Assembly (NCBI GenBank): GCA_965644295.1
Contig: CBFFRP010000470.1
Location: 1 to 9,948, forward strand
DNA length: 9,948 nucleotides
Source: Paraphysomonas bandaiensis
Taxonomy: Eukaryota > Protista > Chrysophyceae
Direction: 5' to 3'
Shown here: one piece after another, positions 7,507 to 9,948 of the stretch
How positions within the stretch are numbered: the first letter of the stretch is position 1
Layout of the letters: every line of letters starts with the position of its first letter
Program-made: the position numbers and the translations under genes
The notes under the pieces: model-generated
The model's input: only the letters and a program-made list of their open reading frames with translations
Database searches by the model: none
What the model was told of the DNA's origin: nothing

Positions 7507-8500
7507 GGGGAGCGAATTCGAAGGAGCCCCGAAGAATTCGAAGATCACTCAGTGTTGCTCGCACAGGCAGCTGGTGAGCCCCCGATAGACTCTCGAAGGG
7601 TCGCATATGAGTCTATTAGACTATGATTCACATTGAAGCCTCGTATAATGCACCTGCTGTGCACCTATAGGGTCCTAACGACCTCGATAAGCTCATGTTG
7701 CAGCATTTCCCCAGCATCTCAATGGGGCAGCGAACACCCCAGAAAGGGCAAGATAAAAACTCTATGAAGTCCAGTATGGTCCGTAATGGTCATATCAAGC
7801 GCAATCTAGTTGGATCTTGTTTAGCGATAGAGCAGGAGGGTGTTTACCGGCATCCGTTCCTATGAAGCGCAAGGTGAACCAGGTCCTGAGCGCCCTCTCC
7901 CCTACTGGGAGCACTACTAATGGTAGTTCATCCACAATGCCATCCCTTGCACCTTTGAGGGGCATTGTCAAGGCAGTCAAAGATTACGCGGTTGAAGACC
8001 TTCCTGCTTTGCGTGGGATGTATATCCTGAAGTGCGGAAGGAAGCGCTCTTTGATGTTTGCATTGAGGCTTCTACTTACGATCGTGCCTCAGAGGGTTAT
8101 GGCGTTCCTGACCAGACTGGTTTTTGTGACAAGAAGGCTGTCATGGAAAGATTCCACCTGACTGAGGGCAAGGTCGTCAAGGAATTATCAACACAATTAT
8201 CGCAGGCACCGTGGATCCATGGTAACAACGAAGTGTTGCAACAGCTACTCCGAAAGGGAGCTTTGAACCCATCTTTTGATTGGAGAACGGCTACATTGGG
8301 CAGTGAAAGCATACCGTGCTGTTCTCCCAAATTCAGCTGTCATGGTGGGTCGATGCGTTCGGAGAGACTCGAAGCCATGGCTTGTCATGAAGATGGAGGA
8401 ACCTATGCAGGAAACTCTCAAGCATCCAGATTGTGTTGCTACTGCTGTGGCAGATATCGGGAGTCTTTCCGATGACGACGAGGCATCCAACCAAGTCTGA
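7507..8500 (+). pseudogene. Probable frameshifted coding remnant, unknown product
   Basis: GC-richer than its flanks and preceded by an acceptor-like ttcttttactttcag (ends 7506). Three staggered overlapping ORFs (7817-8161, 8032-8475, 8276-8500) read as protein-like text when joined by frameshifts, and AT-rich sequence resumes after TGA 8500. No domain recognised. Confidence 0.4.
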
Positions 8501-8690
8501 TGTCAGTGTGTGATTTGTTTATTTGCATCAGTGCCATTCACCATTCTCTCACAGAACTTGTTCTTGCCTAACATGGAAGCAGTAACTTAATATTTGGTAT
8601 TAATATATTTGTGTTTATTAGCTCATGTTGATGGCTCTATTATACATACGTCTATATATGAAATTTTATCATATTTACTGTAGACTGTCG

Positions 8691-8763
8691 ATAGAGTGAT
8701 CAATCAGAAAACACTTAGCAGTTAATTACATAGAGTGATCAACTAGGAAACACATAGCAGTTA
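8691..8763. repeat. Two-copy 39-bp tandem repeat
   Basis: atagagtgatcaatcagaaaacacttagcagtta (8691) vs atagagtgatcaactaggaaacacatagcagtta (8730). A partial third core gtgatcaac lies at about 8778. Confidence 0.8.
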
Positions 8764-9400
8764 GAATAATTTATATTGTGATCAACAAAGTTCAAGAATT
8801 TATTATCATAATTTAAAATAATAATTTATTAGAATTTCCAACAACTTTATACTTTCAGATATAGCTAGGTAGCATGTGCGGGTTCACCAAAATCCCAGAG
8901 CATGGGTATGTCGTATGTAGCAATCTTGGGTGTAGTGGAAATGGTGGGTTATAAGGTTGTTGTGATATGAGAGCCAAGGTGAAGTAGTATAAGAAACAAC
9001 ATGAGATAAGAGGTAGAAGATGGTTAAGACAAGGTCACGAGACATGAGTATTAAGGTCAGATACAGGGTTGGAGTGTACCGGGACTATCCGTACATACGG
9101 ACGTAACGGACGTTTAATGTAGCCCGTACAGTATTATGGTAGTATGAGTAGTATGTAAACGTTATATGAGACAGTATGGAGTAGATAGTAAGATGATAAG
9201 AGATTACTGTAGGGATATTTCTGGAAGTGGAAACTAGCTATTTATGGCTAGAAACCCATTTCTAGAACTGCTATGGAGAAATAGGCTAAGTTATACGAAT
9301 TTTTAGATAGGGCAGAATTATAAGATAAAAGGATATAATCAGCACAGTTAAGTGTTAGTGAAATTAAGCGCTATCTATCTACCTACTGTCCAGTGCACGC

Positions 9401-9948
9401 ATGGATAAGGAGGATATGTCTACTGATACCCATATGGATGACACTCAATCATCCGACATCGCCACACTTGGTGGACAACGTGGGCTGGGTAACGTGGTTG
9501 AGGGTGGCCAACTCAGCCATGATCCACCCAGCACACTATTGTTGGCACGGTCCCAGATTGAGATACCATCCGATGAGAGGGACATCAATCTTTACTATGG
9601 GGAGGAGAAGGAGCCAGAGTCCAAGGAGGAGCCTCGAATCCAAGTGCAGGAGGACCGATGGGGCCACGAAGAGACTGAAAAGTTATACAGTTGGCCTTGG
9701 AGGACAAGGGAACAGGGGGAAGAGAGGCGTGGACCGAGGCTGATGAGCAAGGACTTGGATATGGGGGGAGATAGTAGTGGCGAAGATGATGAAAGCTCAG
9801 GAAGGAGCGCAGTGATAAGGAGAATCGAACATGATAAAGAGGGCGGTAGAGGACCAATGGAGTACTCTAAGCACCAGATGAAAGAGGCAGAGAGAAAGAT
9901 GAGTAAAGTGAAAGACCCGCTAAGAGGTCAGGGTCAAAGATATATGTA
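9401..9948 (+). CDS. 5' part of a hypothetical acidic/charged protein, open to the window edge (possibly retroelement gag/ORF1)
   Basis: ATG at 9401 followed by 182 stop-free codons in total (MDKEDMSTDTHMDDTQSSDIATLGG...EEKEPESKEEPRIQVQEDRW...SSGEDDESSGRS...KVKDPLRGQGQRYM). It is absent from the ORF track because it has no stop in the window. Confidence 0.6.
   Translation, partial: MDKEDMSTDTHMDDTQSSDIATLGGQRGLGNVVEGGQLSHDPPSTLLLARSQIEIPSDERDINLYYGEEKEPESKEEPRIQVQEDRWGHEETEKLYSWPWRTREQGEERRGPRLMSKDLDMGGDSSGEDDESSGRSAVIRRIEHDKEGGRGPMEYSKHQMKEAERKMSKVKDPLRGQGQRYM

Noticed and set aside
9393-9857. ORFs 9393-9743 (+) and 9585-9857 (-)
   Set aside because: Alternative frames overlapping the longer ATG-initiated open frame from 9401.

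Overview
AT-rich, repeat-laden eukaryotic genomic DNA: it has spliceosomal GT-AG introns and microsatellites, and no prokaryotic operon, rRNA, tRNA or CRISPR signal. From left to right: (1) an intact, intronless IS630-Tc1-mariner (DDE_3, DD35E) transposase ORF on the minus strand; (2) an A24 tract; (3) a 2,244-bp non-autonomous DNA element with 22-bp imperfect TIRs and a 5-bp AAGTT TSD, carrying a probably decayed ORF; (4) the main find, a minus-strand ankyrin-repeat gene missed by the ORF track, in which each 33-aa repeat is one 99-nt phase-0 exon cassette and every intron is mostly (TACA)n microsatellite. The cassettes are mosaic and differ only at amino-acid-changing codons, concentrated on the predicted binding face; (5) a frameshifted GC-richer coding remnant; (6) a purine-skewed region leading into an ORF that runs off the right edge, possibly a retroelement gag/ORF1. 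The MYVC/HTYI ORFs are microsatellite artefacts. The organism cannot be identified from this window.
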